Below, piece after piece: positions 41,732 to 51,158 of a stretch of 64,000 bases of DNA. The stretch is from Endomicrobiales bacterium (GTDB lineage: Bacteria; Elusimicrobiota; Endomicrobiia; Endomicrobiales; CAWCFT01). Every line of letters begins with the position of its first letter. The stretch's first letter is position 1. The translations under genes were made by a program, and so were the position numbers. The stretch lies in the NCBI GenBank assembly GCA_963794945.1, contig CAWCFT010000009.1:64001-128000 (forward strand), written 5' to 3'. The notes beneath the pieces are model-generated. The model had not been told where the DNA came from. It saw only the letters and a list, made by a program, of their open reading frames with translations, and made no database searches.

Positions 41732-43560
41732 TTATATTTTAACGGCTTCGGCCGTTGGCTTGCGTTCCACTATCGCTCTCGCGGTGCCGAATATGTTTGT
41801 GATGTTGCCGGACATATCAATTTGCGACTCGCCCTTCATAATAACGTACTTCTCGGAACCGTCCCGCAGTATTACCCGCACTATCTGGTTGAACGGCAAA
41901 GTCCCTGGAACACCCTCAAAAGGTTTCTGTATAACGTTCCAATCCCCGTGATGTATAATCCCCCTAAGATCTCTTACGGTCATCTTGGTCTGCCCCGGGT
42001 CGACACCTAAGACGGCTGCCATCTCGCTTGATATGGACATGGTTCTGAGTATTATTGTCAAAGCTCCAGCTTCCGATGTGTTCTCTTATAAGCGACATCT
42101 CCAGCAGCTCGTTCTTTCGCCTCACTGCTTCGTGCCTGTCGATGTGCGCGGATATATCCCTTACCGTCTCGATGTAATATTCGTTCCATTCCATTATGAT
42201 CTGTTGCGATTTTACTTCCGCTGGAAATGTTGTCCCGTCCTTTCTCTTATGCACCGCTTCGTAACAAGCGCTGCCTTTTCCCTCACTCTGTTAAAATCAC
42301 CTTCGCAGTACATTACAGATTCTGACGCCCTCAGGTCTTTTAGGGTTTTTTGCATCATCTCTTCATGAGTGTACTGGTAAGTCTTAAGCGCCATGTCGTT
42401 GGCTTCGATAATATTTTGTTCCTTATCATAGATCAGCATTATTTCATTGGCGTATTTGATTATCGAATCATATTTTCTTGATAAGAGCCTGTGCCCGGCT
42501 TCGGCCTTGTATAGCGCCCTGTAAAACATACTTATTTGCTGATGCAATATGAGCCCCATCAACCCGCCGATCCCTATCAGAATACTTGCGACCAGAATGC
42601 CAACCGCTAACCCGCGCGCCCGCACAGGGCCGTAAACTTCTTCCGCGTCCATTTTTGCCATCAGGCTCCAGTCAGTATCAGGTATGGTTCTTGAAAAAGC
42701 GAACACCGGTATCCCCCTGTAGTCAACACCTGCCACTACATTATTATTATTTGAGGATTCGGCGATAACTGCGGCTGCCGGTGCGTCTAAAGATATCCTG
42801 AACGTCAGAGCCGCGTTCTTTTGGTATTTAAGTTCGTTTAAGAACACCTCTTTCCCGTCTTCCTTTTCCATTAAGATCGTCTCGCAGCTTTTAACCGATT
42901 CGGGACAGTATCCCTGAATGTACGGATATAGGAATTTTTCCGGGTCTATCTTTAACACTACCACGCCTATGGTTCTTTTTTTCGCCCGGATGGCCTCGCT
43001 GATAGGCACATCGATATCTATTCCAATAGAGCCGTCATGTTCGTTTTTATAAAGGTCTGAAAACTTGATCTCGCCGTTCCTAATTGCCTCCAGCGCTTGT
43101 ATCTCTTCATATTCATTTAACGGCACATACCGGCCATTCTGGCTAACGGACGCGATATTATTTAGTGAAACATCTACAAGAGACATGCTTGCGTACTCCG
43201 GCTTCCAGTTAATTGATTTTGTGTATTCATAAAATGACCTGTCCCTTTGCCTCTTTTTAGAGATATCTTTTATCTCGCGCAGCATAACGGGGTTAAAATA
43301 CAGCCTTCCCAGCTCAACAGCGTCATCCATGCGTTCACGCCTCCAAGTCGATATCTGGTTCGCTTTCAGCGCAGCCAGGAGAACAAGGTCGTCTTTCTTT
43401 TCATTGACGATAGATCTTTTTTCCGAAATAAAATAATAATATCCCGCGGCAAGGACAAGTATTGCCAGCAGGACATACATGGACAGCAGCTCGTTTTAGC
43501 GGCCGTCTTCAATGTTGTGTCCGTCTTTAATAATTCATCTATATTATTAATTATATTCAT
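41732..43560 (-). CDS. Membrane sensor with Cache-like and PAS domains, split over four ORFs
   Basis: TM-periplasmic-TM (VDYRGIPV..WSLMAKMDAEE), PAS (ANDMALKTYQY; HKRKDGTTFPAEV), second PAS (GSWS..; RVILRDGSEKYV). Confidence 0.7.
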
Positions 43561-43668
43561 GATGATCGTCTAGCCGGATCTTTAAGCCTATTATACAAAC
43601 AACGGCAATTTTCAACGCTGGCTTATTTCATCATGATTCTGACTTAATTCTGTTGTTTTGATAAACCT

Positions 43669-43924
43669 GTCATTTCGGGCCTGCCAAAGGCGGGCGCGGC
43701 AATCTCGACGTTGCGAAGATTCGCCGGAAGACACTTGATTGGTGATAGTTCCATAAATGACTGGGATTTACCTGAGGGTTATTGTAGTATTTGGCTGGAG
43801 TTGGGGGGTGTGTTACTGTATCGTTGTCATCTCGAATCCCGCTATAAATTGTCATTCCGATCCGCCAGAGGCAGAGAGGAATCTTAAGATTTCTCCCCGC
43901 CTATTCGGCGGGATCGAAATGACA
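43669..43924. repeat. Cluster of TGTCAT palindromic repeat elements
   Basis: TGTCATTCCGATCCGCCAGAGGCAGAGAGGAATCT/AGATTTCTC..GGCGGGATCGAAATGACA plus two partial units. Confidence 0.7.
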
Positions 43925-43946
43925 GAGTTATAGCTCTTACGAGATT

Positions 43947-44762
43947 TTACCGGAGAGGATTTGCCCTGAAAGCGTAGTAGAAACCGTCCCTGGCCTCAAG
44001 TTTAATGGGCGTGTTGTACAGTTCGCTTATCTTTTCGCTGGTCAGTATATCTTGTTTCGCTCCGTCTATGGCTATCTTTCCGTTCTTCATGAAAACCACC
44101 CTTGTTATCTCTGGTATAATGTCTTCAATGTTCTGTGTAACAAGTATCACGCTTATACCGGATTTCGCCAGCTTGCTGAGTATGTCGGTAAATTTAAAGA
44201 GCGCGTGAGGGTCAAGGTTATTCATGGGCTCATCGAGTATCAGCGCCTTTGGTTCGTGCACCAGCGCCCTGCCTATCAAAAAACGCCTCGCCTCACCCGA
44301 AGACATTTCATCCATGTCCTTATCCTTCAGATGGGCTATTTCCAGGAAGTCCATGACCTCTTTAACTTTCTTTTCCATTTCCGGCGTCACCGGCTCTTTA
44401 TATATGCCGATACTGCTGAAAAAACCGGAAAGGATAGTCTCAAAACCCATCACGTCCCTGTCGCACTCGTGCTGCAGGTCGCTCGAAACAATGCCAAGTG
44501 TGGAACGCAGGTCAAAAATATTCCATTCGTCCTGTCCCCATATCCTGGCGCTGTATTCTTCTTCTTTGTACGAAGGGTAATGCTGCCTGGTTATAGTTTT
44601 TATCAGCGACGATTTCCCCGCCCCGTTCGGGCCCAATATCGCAACATTCTCGCCCTGATTGATGGTTATTGTTATCGAATCCAGCACAACGCGGTTAACA
44701 TTTTTTAAAACCGTAATATTCTTAAACTCAATTAAAGGCCTTTTGTTTGTATCAGTTGTCAT
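43947..44762 (-). CDS. ABC ATP-binding protein, ModF-like
   Basis: GPNGAGKSS, ILSGFFSSIG, MSSGEARR, ILDEP. Confidence 0.8.
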   Translation of the reverse strand: MTTDTNKRPLIEFKNITVLKNVNRVVLDSITITINQGENVAILGPNGAGKSSLIKTITRQHYPSYKEEEYSARIWGQDEWNIFDLRSTLGIVSSDLQHECDRDVMGFETILSGFFSSIGIYKEPVTPEMEKKVKEVMDFLEIAHLKDKDMDEMSSGEARRFLIGRALVHEPKALILDEPMNNLDPHALFKFTDILSKLAKSGISVILVTQNIEDIIPEITRVVFMKNGKIAIDGAKQDILTSEKISELYNTPIKLEARDGFYYAFRANPLR

Positions 44763-44902
44763 TTTTTGTTCCTTTAGTTGGGATCGTAGCCGTGTAGTCC
44801 CCCCTCTTTTGTTTAAAGAGGGGTCGGGGGAGTTTAGGCATGTAACTTCAAACCGCAACCTGGAAATTCAAGGTCGATATTCACGTTCGGCTTAGACCTA
44901 CC

Positions 44903-46708
44903 TCATTCAGCATACGTCCTTATAACTTCCGTAAAAACCGCTCCGTACTCTTTTTGTTTCGCGGCTCCCACTCCAAAAACCGTGGCGAACTGCTCTATGG
45001 TTTTCGGTTTAATCACCGCCATATCCCTCAACGTCTTGTCGCTGAATATTATATAGGCCGGCACGTTCTTTTTTCCGGCAAGCTCTGTGCGCTTTGTCCT
45101 TAGCACATCGAACAGCTTTTGGTCGACGCCTTCCCACTCCTGCGACCGTTTTGAACGCCTTTTCTTTTCAATGTCTTTCTTCTTGGCGGCCACGACGGGT
45201 TTCGCAAGCACAGGCGTTGCCTCGCCCCTCATAACTGCCCGTCCGCTTTCGGTTATCGCAATTGTCATGAACTCGCCCTGACGAATAAGAAAACCCTGGC
45301 CTATCAACTGCTCTATCATAAACCTTATGAAAACTTTAGTTTCGCCGCTCATGAGCCCGAACGTGGAAAGCTTGTCGTGGCCTCTCTGCTCTACAGCCGC
45401 GCTGGCATTCCCTTTTAGTATATCCGCGATGTAGTCCGCCCCAAAACCTTCGTGCACCCTCGCCACGCAGGAAATTATCTTTTGCCCTATAACAAGCGGC
45501 TCGTCGGCCATATCCACTTCCCCCAGACAGAAATCGCACGCGCCGCAGGTTTTGTTCTTGTATTCCTGGGCGAAATAGTTCACCAGGTACTTATGCCTGC
45601 ACTCCGGCCGCACGCAGAAGTTGTACATTGCGCCGAGCTTTTTTAAAAGCACTTCCCTGTCCGCCGAATCGTGAAGCATATACTCCCAGGTGCGGTAATC
45701 CGCCCCGGAGTAGAAAAGGTAACAGTCAGCGGGCAGCCCGTCGCGCCCCGCGCGCCCTGTCTCCTGCTGGTAGTGCTCTATCGATTTCGGCATCGCGGCG
45801 TGTATAACGTAACGTATGTTGGAACGGTCCACACCCATCCCAAAAGCTATCGTTGCGACTATTATGTTGGTCTTCTCACGGGAGAATTCTTCCTGGTTCT
45901 TTTTCCGCTCGGAGTCGGACAGCCCGGCGTGGTACGGCAGGTTGTTGTAGCCCAGGCTGTTAAGCTTTCTGGATATCTCGTCCACATCGGCGCGCCTTAA
46001 ACAGTATATTATACCGGGCTCGCCTATGTGCTTCTCAATGGTTTCCACAATCTGCCCCACCGCCGTGCCTTGGCGCTGCAATATCCTGTAGTTGAGGTTG
46101 GGCCTGTCAACGTTGCCGACATAAATATGAGGTTCAACAAGGTTTAGCTGCGCCACAATATCTTCCTGCACCTGCACCGTAGCCGTCGCCGTGAACGCGT
46201 GTACGCTGATATTGCTGAACTCTTTCTTTATCATGCCAAGCATGCGGTATTCCGCGCGGAAGTTGTGGCCCCAGTGGCTGATGCAGTGAGCCTCGTCTAT
46301 AACAAAGAACGATAGCTTGACGCTTTTTAAGAGCTCAATAGTGTGTTCGGACATCAGGCGTTCGGGAGAAATATAGAGAAGCTTCAGCGCGCCCGCCCTT
46401 ATCTGGTCAACAACGGCCTGCTGCACTTTCGCTGTAAGGCTAGAGTTGAGGCATTCGGCGGAAATACCCATATCCTTAAGGTAATCCACCTGGTCTTTCA
46501 TAAGCGATATAAGCGGCGATATTATAACAGCCATCCCGTCAGATATAATTGCCGGCAGCTGAAAGCAAACCGACTTCCCGCCGCCCGTGGGAAGTATGGT
46601 CAGCGTATCCTTTTCGTCCATTATCGAAAGGATAGCCTCTTCCTGGAACGCCCTGAAAGTGCTGTAGCCCCAGTATTTTGAAAGTGTTTGTAGTATGCGG
46701 TTTTTCAT
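44903..46708 (-). CDS. recQ: ATP-dependent DNA helicase RecQ
   Basis: PTGGGKS, DEAHCISHWGHNFR, VATIAFGMG, QETGRAGRDG, Zn-binding Cys, RQC and HRDC domains. Confidence 0.96.
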   Translation of the reverse strand: MKNRILQTLSKYWGYSTFRAFQEEAILSIMDEKDTLTILPTGGGKSVCFQLPAIISDGMAVIISPLISLMKDQVDYLKDMGISAECLNSSLTAKVQQAVVDQIRAGALKLLYISPERLMSEHTIELLKSVKLSFFVIDEAHCISHWGHNFRAEYRMLGMIKKEFSNISVHAFTATATVQVQEDIVAQLNLVEPHIYVGNVDRPNLNYRILQRQGTAVGQIVETIEKHIGEPGIIYCLRRADVDEISRKLNSLGYNNLPYHAGLSDSERKKNQEEFSREKTNIIVATIAFGMGVDRSNIRYVIHAAMPKSIEHYQQETGRAGRDGLPADCYLFYSGADYRTWEYMLHDSADREVLLKKLGAMYNFCVRPECRHKYLVNYFAQEYKNKTCGACDFCLGEVDMADEPLVIGQKIISCVARVHEGFGADYIADILKGNASAAVEQRGHDKLSTFGLMSGETKVFIRFMIEQLIGQGFLIRQGEFMTIAITESGRAVMRGEATPVLAKPVVAAKKKDIEKKRRSKRSQEWEGVDQKLFDVLRTKRTELAGKKNVPAYIIFSDKTLRDMAVIKPKTIEQFATVFGVGAAKQKEYGAVFTEVIRTYAE

Positions 46709-46761
46709 GATTTGTTAAACGGCGGGATCATCTGCGGTACAAGTATAATATCTATTTATCG

Positions 46762-46879
46762 TTGTCATCCAGAACACCACTTAAATTGTCATCCCGAATC
46801 CGCCAGAGGCGGAAGAGGGATCTTGTTGTTGTACTACTGAAGATTTCTCTCCGCCTATTAGGCGGAATCGAAATGACAA
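46762..46879. repeat. TGTCAT palindromic repeat element
   Basis: TGTCATCCCGAATCCGCCAGAGGCGGAAGAGGGATCT / AGATTTCTCTCCGCC..GGCGGAATCGAAATGACA. Confidence 0.7.
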
Positions 46880-47124
46880 CTGTAACTAAGCGTCTAGTTG
46901 TAGTTTATCGACTCATCTCTAGTAAGTATATTAGTATTTCGTCCCCCCCCCTTGTCAAGTTTTCCGCTGCAGAGCAATTTATCCCAGATTTTGTAATATG
47001 CATAAACGCTGTTGTAGCGGCAGAGCTTGCTCTGCCGGTTGACGTGAAAGGTATAAAATCAAGCTTGATTATCTGTAGTGCTTATAAACTTACTTCAAAA
47101 ACCGCTTCTCTTCCGCGCCGTTGT

Positions 47125-48205
47125 CAGCTTCCTTTGCCAGCTCAAACTCCCCTACGATCTTCATAGCCATTGTGGCCTCCTTTCAGCCCTGATACGCCTT
47201 CATCCATCAGACTGTGCCGTAAATATTATGCTTCCGCATAGCTTCACTTTATGCTTCCTGAATAGCTTCACTTATGCTTCCAGTTTAGCTTCCATTTCAG
47301 CTTCTTTTTTCTTCCATACTTGCTTCCAGTCCAGCTTCCATTTTAGCTTCCGTTCAGCTACCAATCCAGCTTCCTATTTGCTTCCAGCTAAGCTTCCTCT
47401 TAGCTTACAATCAAGCTTCCACTTAGCCATAGACACGCAATCAAAGCGGTATTGGATGTATTTTGTTTTCCTTCCTCGCCCTGTACGGGTAAGACTTTGG
47501 GCCTTGAGGAGTTGATTATTAACTCCGAAAAGGAAGAGGATTGAGGTGAGGGTAAGTTTAGCCAAATTTCAGTTTCCACTTTAGCTTCCTATTTGCTTCC
47601 AGTTAAGCTTCCTTTTAGCTTCCAATCCAGCTTCCGTATTGCTTCTATTTGTCTTCGCGAGTCCACCACCAAAGGCTGATAAACTCCGGGACGCCTGCCC
47701 GCCGAAGATTCAGTGGCGGGTGGCGATCTCGCTGTTCGCCTTCGTAATATTTTAGTAAAGCAGCCTTAATTTAGCCAGTTTTCAGCTTCCATTCCAGCTT
47801 CCTTTTTGCTTCCAGTTTAGTTTCCATTTCAGATTCTCTTTTGCTTCCATACTTGCTTCCAGTCCAGCTTCCATTTTAGCTTCCGTTCAGCTACCAATCC
47901 AGCTTCCGTTTTGCTTCTATTTGTCTTCGCGAGGCCGCCTCTGGCGGGCGTGGCGATCTCGATGTTCGCCTTCCTTTCAGCTTCCAGATAAGCTTCCTTT
48001 TTGCTTCCAATCCAGCTTCAGTTTTACTTCTATTTGTCTTCGCGAGTCCGCCTCAGGCGGACGTGGCGATCTCGATGTTCGCCTTCGAAATATTTTAGTA
48101 AAGCAGCCTTAATTTAGCTAGTTTTCAGCTTCCATTCCAGCTTCCTTTTTGCTTCCAATCCAGCTTCCATTTATGCTTCCCGATATGCTTCCGTATCTGC
48201 TTCCT
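47125..48205. repeat. Strand-biased GCTTCC array with 11-12 bp period and internal duplications
   Basis: About 35 exact GCTTCC counted by eye, all on the plus strand; ~60-bp duplication near 47312/47845; three TGTCTTCGCGAG..GGCGATCTCG modules. Confidence 0.85.
47487..47553 (+). repeat. 67-bp dispersed repeat, copy 1
   Basis: One mismatch to 51014-51080. Confidence 0.9.
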
Positions 48206-48641
48206 TTCAGGCATAACCTACAGCCCCATAAGCCCTGTTTAAATAAGTAATATTCACTCATAATACAATATATTAATGTATTTGGTATAGGCAAACGCTA
48301 CGGTGTACCTAAAGTGAATACTTTGGTGAATATTTGCGCAATTAATAACGCTTGTACGCGGATGGTTAGCGCAATACAATTTGCACAAATATTAATAACA
48401 GATTTTTTGGTATTTTCAAGGGTTTGAGAGTTTAGAATTGGAGATCGAGTTAGAGAGATCGAAGATCCGGAACAGTCGCCGACTATTTGGAGGCCGACAA
48501 CGTGTCCGCCAAAGATGTTGGTGGAGTACGCCTCAGCGGCATGCCAGGCACATTTTACTTTAATTAATTACACTGTTGTCCCCATTTACATATTAAGCAA
48601 GCCTGACACCGAAATTCTTTACTATTACAATAGTTCACAAA

Positions 48642-49289
48642 TTATTCCAATGTTATTTCATCTTGACAATAATTGCCTTTTATCTTAATTGGGGAATCTT
48701 GTGATAATTTAATTTCTATTGTTGGATATCCTGCTCCCATTAAAGAATAGATTAACCTTGCCGACTTTCCATCCGGTGCAATTGTTTTAGATTTATCTCC
48801 GGCTATAAATGGCCCGGCAGCGGCATTGGGCCAAAAATCAGTAATTTGTGCCTTTGTTTCTATTGGAAGAAAAATATCAAATTCAATTTGACCCAAAGGT
48901 TCATTTTTTAAAGGTTCAAATGAAAGAATCCAACTAATGCCTGACGCTATATTAGTTTTACTTTGAGAATAGAGCTGAATTGTATTTGGTGCTGTATTTG
49001 TTTTAATTTCCTTAAGTTCCTTTTCGAGTGAATCAATTCTTTTATCTTTATCTTTAATCATCTCAATTAGTTCTGGTTTATCTAGGGAATTAAAATTATA
49101 ATTATAAACATCTCCTTTTATCGTGTCGTGTTGACTTGCAATAGTCTCAACGTTCCCAGATTTTGTAATTCCAAACTGATTAACAGGCATAGTTTTCGCA
49201 TTTTTACCATTCGCACATCCAATGATAAAAAAGCATAAAAAACAATATTTTAGATTCTTCACACTTTCCCTCCTATAACATATTTTCAT
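48642..49289 (-). CDS. Putative lipoprotein, hypothetical (AT-rich)
   Basis: Lipobox-like FFIIG-C; short coiled coil; beta-rich C-terminus. Confidence 0.55.
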   Translation of the reverse strand: MKICYRRESVKNLKYCFLCFFIIGCANGKNAKTMPVNQFGITKSGNVETIASQHDTIKGDVYNYNFNSLDKPELIEMIKDKDKRIDSLEKELKEIKTNTAPNTIQLYSQSKTNIASGISWILSFEPLKNEPLGQIEFDIFLPIETKAQITDFWPNAAAGPFIAGDKSKTIAPDGKSARLIYSLMGAGYPTIEIKLSQDSPIKIKGNYCQDEITLE

Positions 49290-49436
49290 AAATATTTATA
49301 CATTTTATGCGAGGATTTACAAGTTATAACACAAATTAGTGGTCAAATGCTTACACCAAAGTAATTGCTTTTATACAAATGGGGACGGTTCTAATTATTA
49401 CCCCCCTTATCAGCGGATCATTCGCCCCTGCGAATG

Positions 49437-49538
49437 AAAAAACCACACCCGTCTTTCCGACGGCCACGGCCACTCGGGGCGTAATGTGGCTTATGTTTCA
49501 ACAGCATTTCTCTCCCAATTAATATCAAATGCCATAGT
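49437..49538 (-). ncRNA. Candidate small RNA or leader RNA, copy 2
   Basis: AUGGCAUUU..GGGAGAGAAAUGCUGUUGAAAC..AAGCCACAUU..GGUGUGGUUUUUU; homologous to 2069-2172. Confidence 0.5.
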
Positions 49539-49544
49539 AACGAG

Positions 49545-49573
49545 ATTCTAACTCTTTTTTAGGGGTTTATCAA
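49545..49573 (-). promoter_or_regulatory. Sigma70-type promoter TTGATA-17-TAGAAT
   Basis: Read on the minus strand; 9 nt upstream of ATGGCATT, same spacing as copy 1. Confidence 0.55.
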
Positions 49574-49591
49574 GGAATGAGGCAGGAACTG

Positions 49592-50134
49592 TCATTGTAT
49601 TGTCTTTTCCAGTTGTGACACATCGTACCCGTTAGCTTCGATGCGTTTAAGCAACGCTTCGTACAAAGCAGGGTCCATGCGCGGCGTTCTTGAGAGTATC
49701 CACAGCTTTTCGCGGGAGGTGTTGCCGACAACGGCATAATCATAGTTATCACCGAGCTCAATTATATAGAAAGTGCCCGTAAAGAACAAAAAGAACCTCA
49801 CGACTATCTCCGCGTTGGTCTTTTTGTCCGCTATATCGGCCTTAAGAACTTTGTAATAATACTTCCCTTCAAAATTATTTTTATAAGCCTTTATGGTAGT
49901 AAGCACTTTTCCGTCAGGCAAAGGGCTGTAGGTCACCATAGTACCTTCCAGCCCGCTTTCAAACCAGTGCGGTATCTTGGCTATCTCGTACCATGACCCC
50001 ATGTACCTGTTTACGTCCGCGTACGGGACAGTGCGCAGTTCCGGGGTCTTTGCGTCGCCGCCCGGAATTATAATGATCAGCGCTGACAGAACGCACAATG
50101 CCGATATTTTCAGCTTCGTTATGGCTGCCTGCAT
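49592..50134 (-). CDS. blc: Lipocalin family protein (Blc-like)
   Basis: RYMGSWYEIA, YDYAVVG, LWILSRTP. Confidence 0.85.
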   Translation of the reverse strand: MQAAITKLKISALCVLSALIIIIPGGDAKTPELRTVPYADVNRYMGSWYEIAKIPHWFESGLEGTMVTYSPLPDGKVLTTIKAYKNNFEGKYYYKVLKADIADKKTNAEIVVRFFLFFTGTFYIIELGDNYDYAVVGNTSREKLWILSRTPRMDPALYEALLKRIEANGYDVSQLEKTIQ

Positions 50135-50263
50135 AAACCTTCCTCGCGCACAAATATATACCCCGAAAGAATCCCTTCTGGAATTTTCCCGGGGTATACC
50201 GCAAAAGCCGATGTTATCGCCATGGCGGCAGTGCGGTGCTTTAATAACATTTCGGAGATGCTC

Positions 50264-50809
50264 CTATTTCTGCCGGCTGTACGTTATCTCCATCATCTTG
50301 TATTCTTTTTTGTTCTTTTCTTCCGAGTACATCTCGAAAGTATATGTATTGGAATCGATTATCTTTGTCACCGAACGGTTTTTCATCGGGCCCCTTACGG
50401 GGTCGTCAAAATAACTTTCCATTGTGATGGATTTTCCGTCAGCCCCTGCTGTCCCCTCAAAATACAGGATATGCGTGCTCATTGAATCCAGCCAGAACGA
50501 AACGTATTTCTTGGTATTATTGTCATAGCCCGTGATACCCATACCCTTGTAAGGCGCTCCCATCATGTCCATGCTTTCCTCATCATAAAGGTAACGCCCG
50601 TCGAATATCATTTTCTGCTCGCTGGTTCCCTTGTGCTCCTGCGGCGGCTTGTCCGGGTCCATCCATGTCCTTGCGCTGGCTTTCCAGCTGCCGGCCATCC
50701 TGGAAAGGAATATGTGCTGCGCACCCGGCGTTCCCAGTTCCTTATACACTTTCATCATGTCCTGCGTGCTCGTTTTTACGCTCGATTCTTTTTCTTGTAC
50801 TGTTACCAT
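50264..50809 (-). CDS. DUF1579 family protein
   Basis: TPGAQH..L..MAGSW, GRYL, G.GITGYDN..KKYVSFWLDSMST. Confidence 0.85.
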   Translation of the reverse strand: MVTVQEKESSVKTSTQDMMKVYKELGTPGAQHIFLSRMAGSWKASARTWMDPDKPPQEHKGTSEQKMIFDGRYLYDEESMDMMGAPYKGMGITGYDNNTKKYVSFWLDSMSTHILYFEGTAGADGKSITMESYFDDPVRGPMKNRSVTKIIDSNTYTFEMYSEEKNKKEYKMMEITYSRQK

Positions 50810-51013
50810 AAAAACCTCCTGTACCGCGTCCGGTTTAACCAGCGGGTTAGTAGTGTTCGTATAAACACACGATACTAAAACTGCAGGCTCAGCTCAATGA
50901 CCTGTATCGACATGTTACTGACCTATTAACAGGTTGGTTTCTCGTTAAACAATGAATCATCTACAGTAAACTGCGAAGTACCAGATGATTATTTCTACTT
51001 CCTCTCCCTAGAT

Positions 51014-51080
51014 GGGTAAGACTTTGGGCCTTGAGGAGTTGATTACTAACTCCGAAAAGGAAGAGGATTGAGGTGAGGGT
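51014..51080 (+). repeat. 67-bp dispersed repeat, copy 2, within a CCTCTCCC..GAGG..GTGAGGG palindromic element
   Basis: One mismatch to 47487-47553; partner half CCCTCATCCCTACCTTCTCCC..GGGAGAAG at about 51111-51146. Confidence 0.9.
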
Positions 51081-51158
51081 GAGCTTTCAAATGCAACTTC
51101 AATTTTGCCCCCCCTCATCCCTACCTTCTCCCACCTGGGGAGAAGATAAATTCGGTAA

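Noticed and set aside
47502..47533. Hammerhead ribozyme-like core (TTGAGGA...GAAA)
   Set aside because: The core reads UUGAGGA rather than CUGANGA, and stems I/III with an NUH site could not be formed
47125..48205. CRISPR array or protein-coding repeat
   Set aside because: No 25-45 bp constant repeat with unique spacers; stops and mixed 11/12 periodicity break all frames, and the ORF-track calls here look spurious
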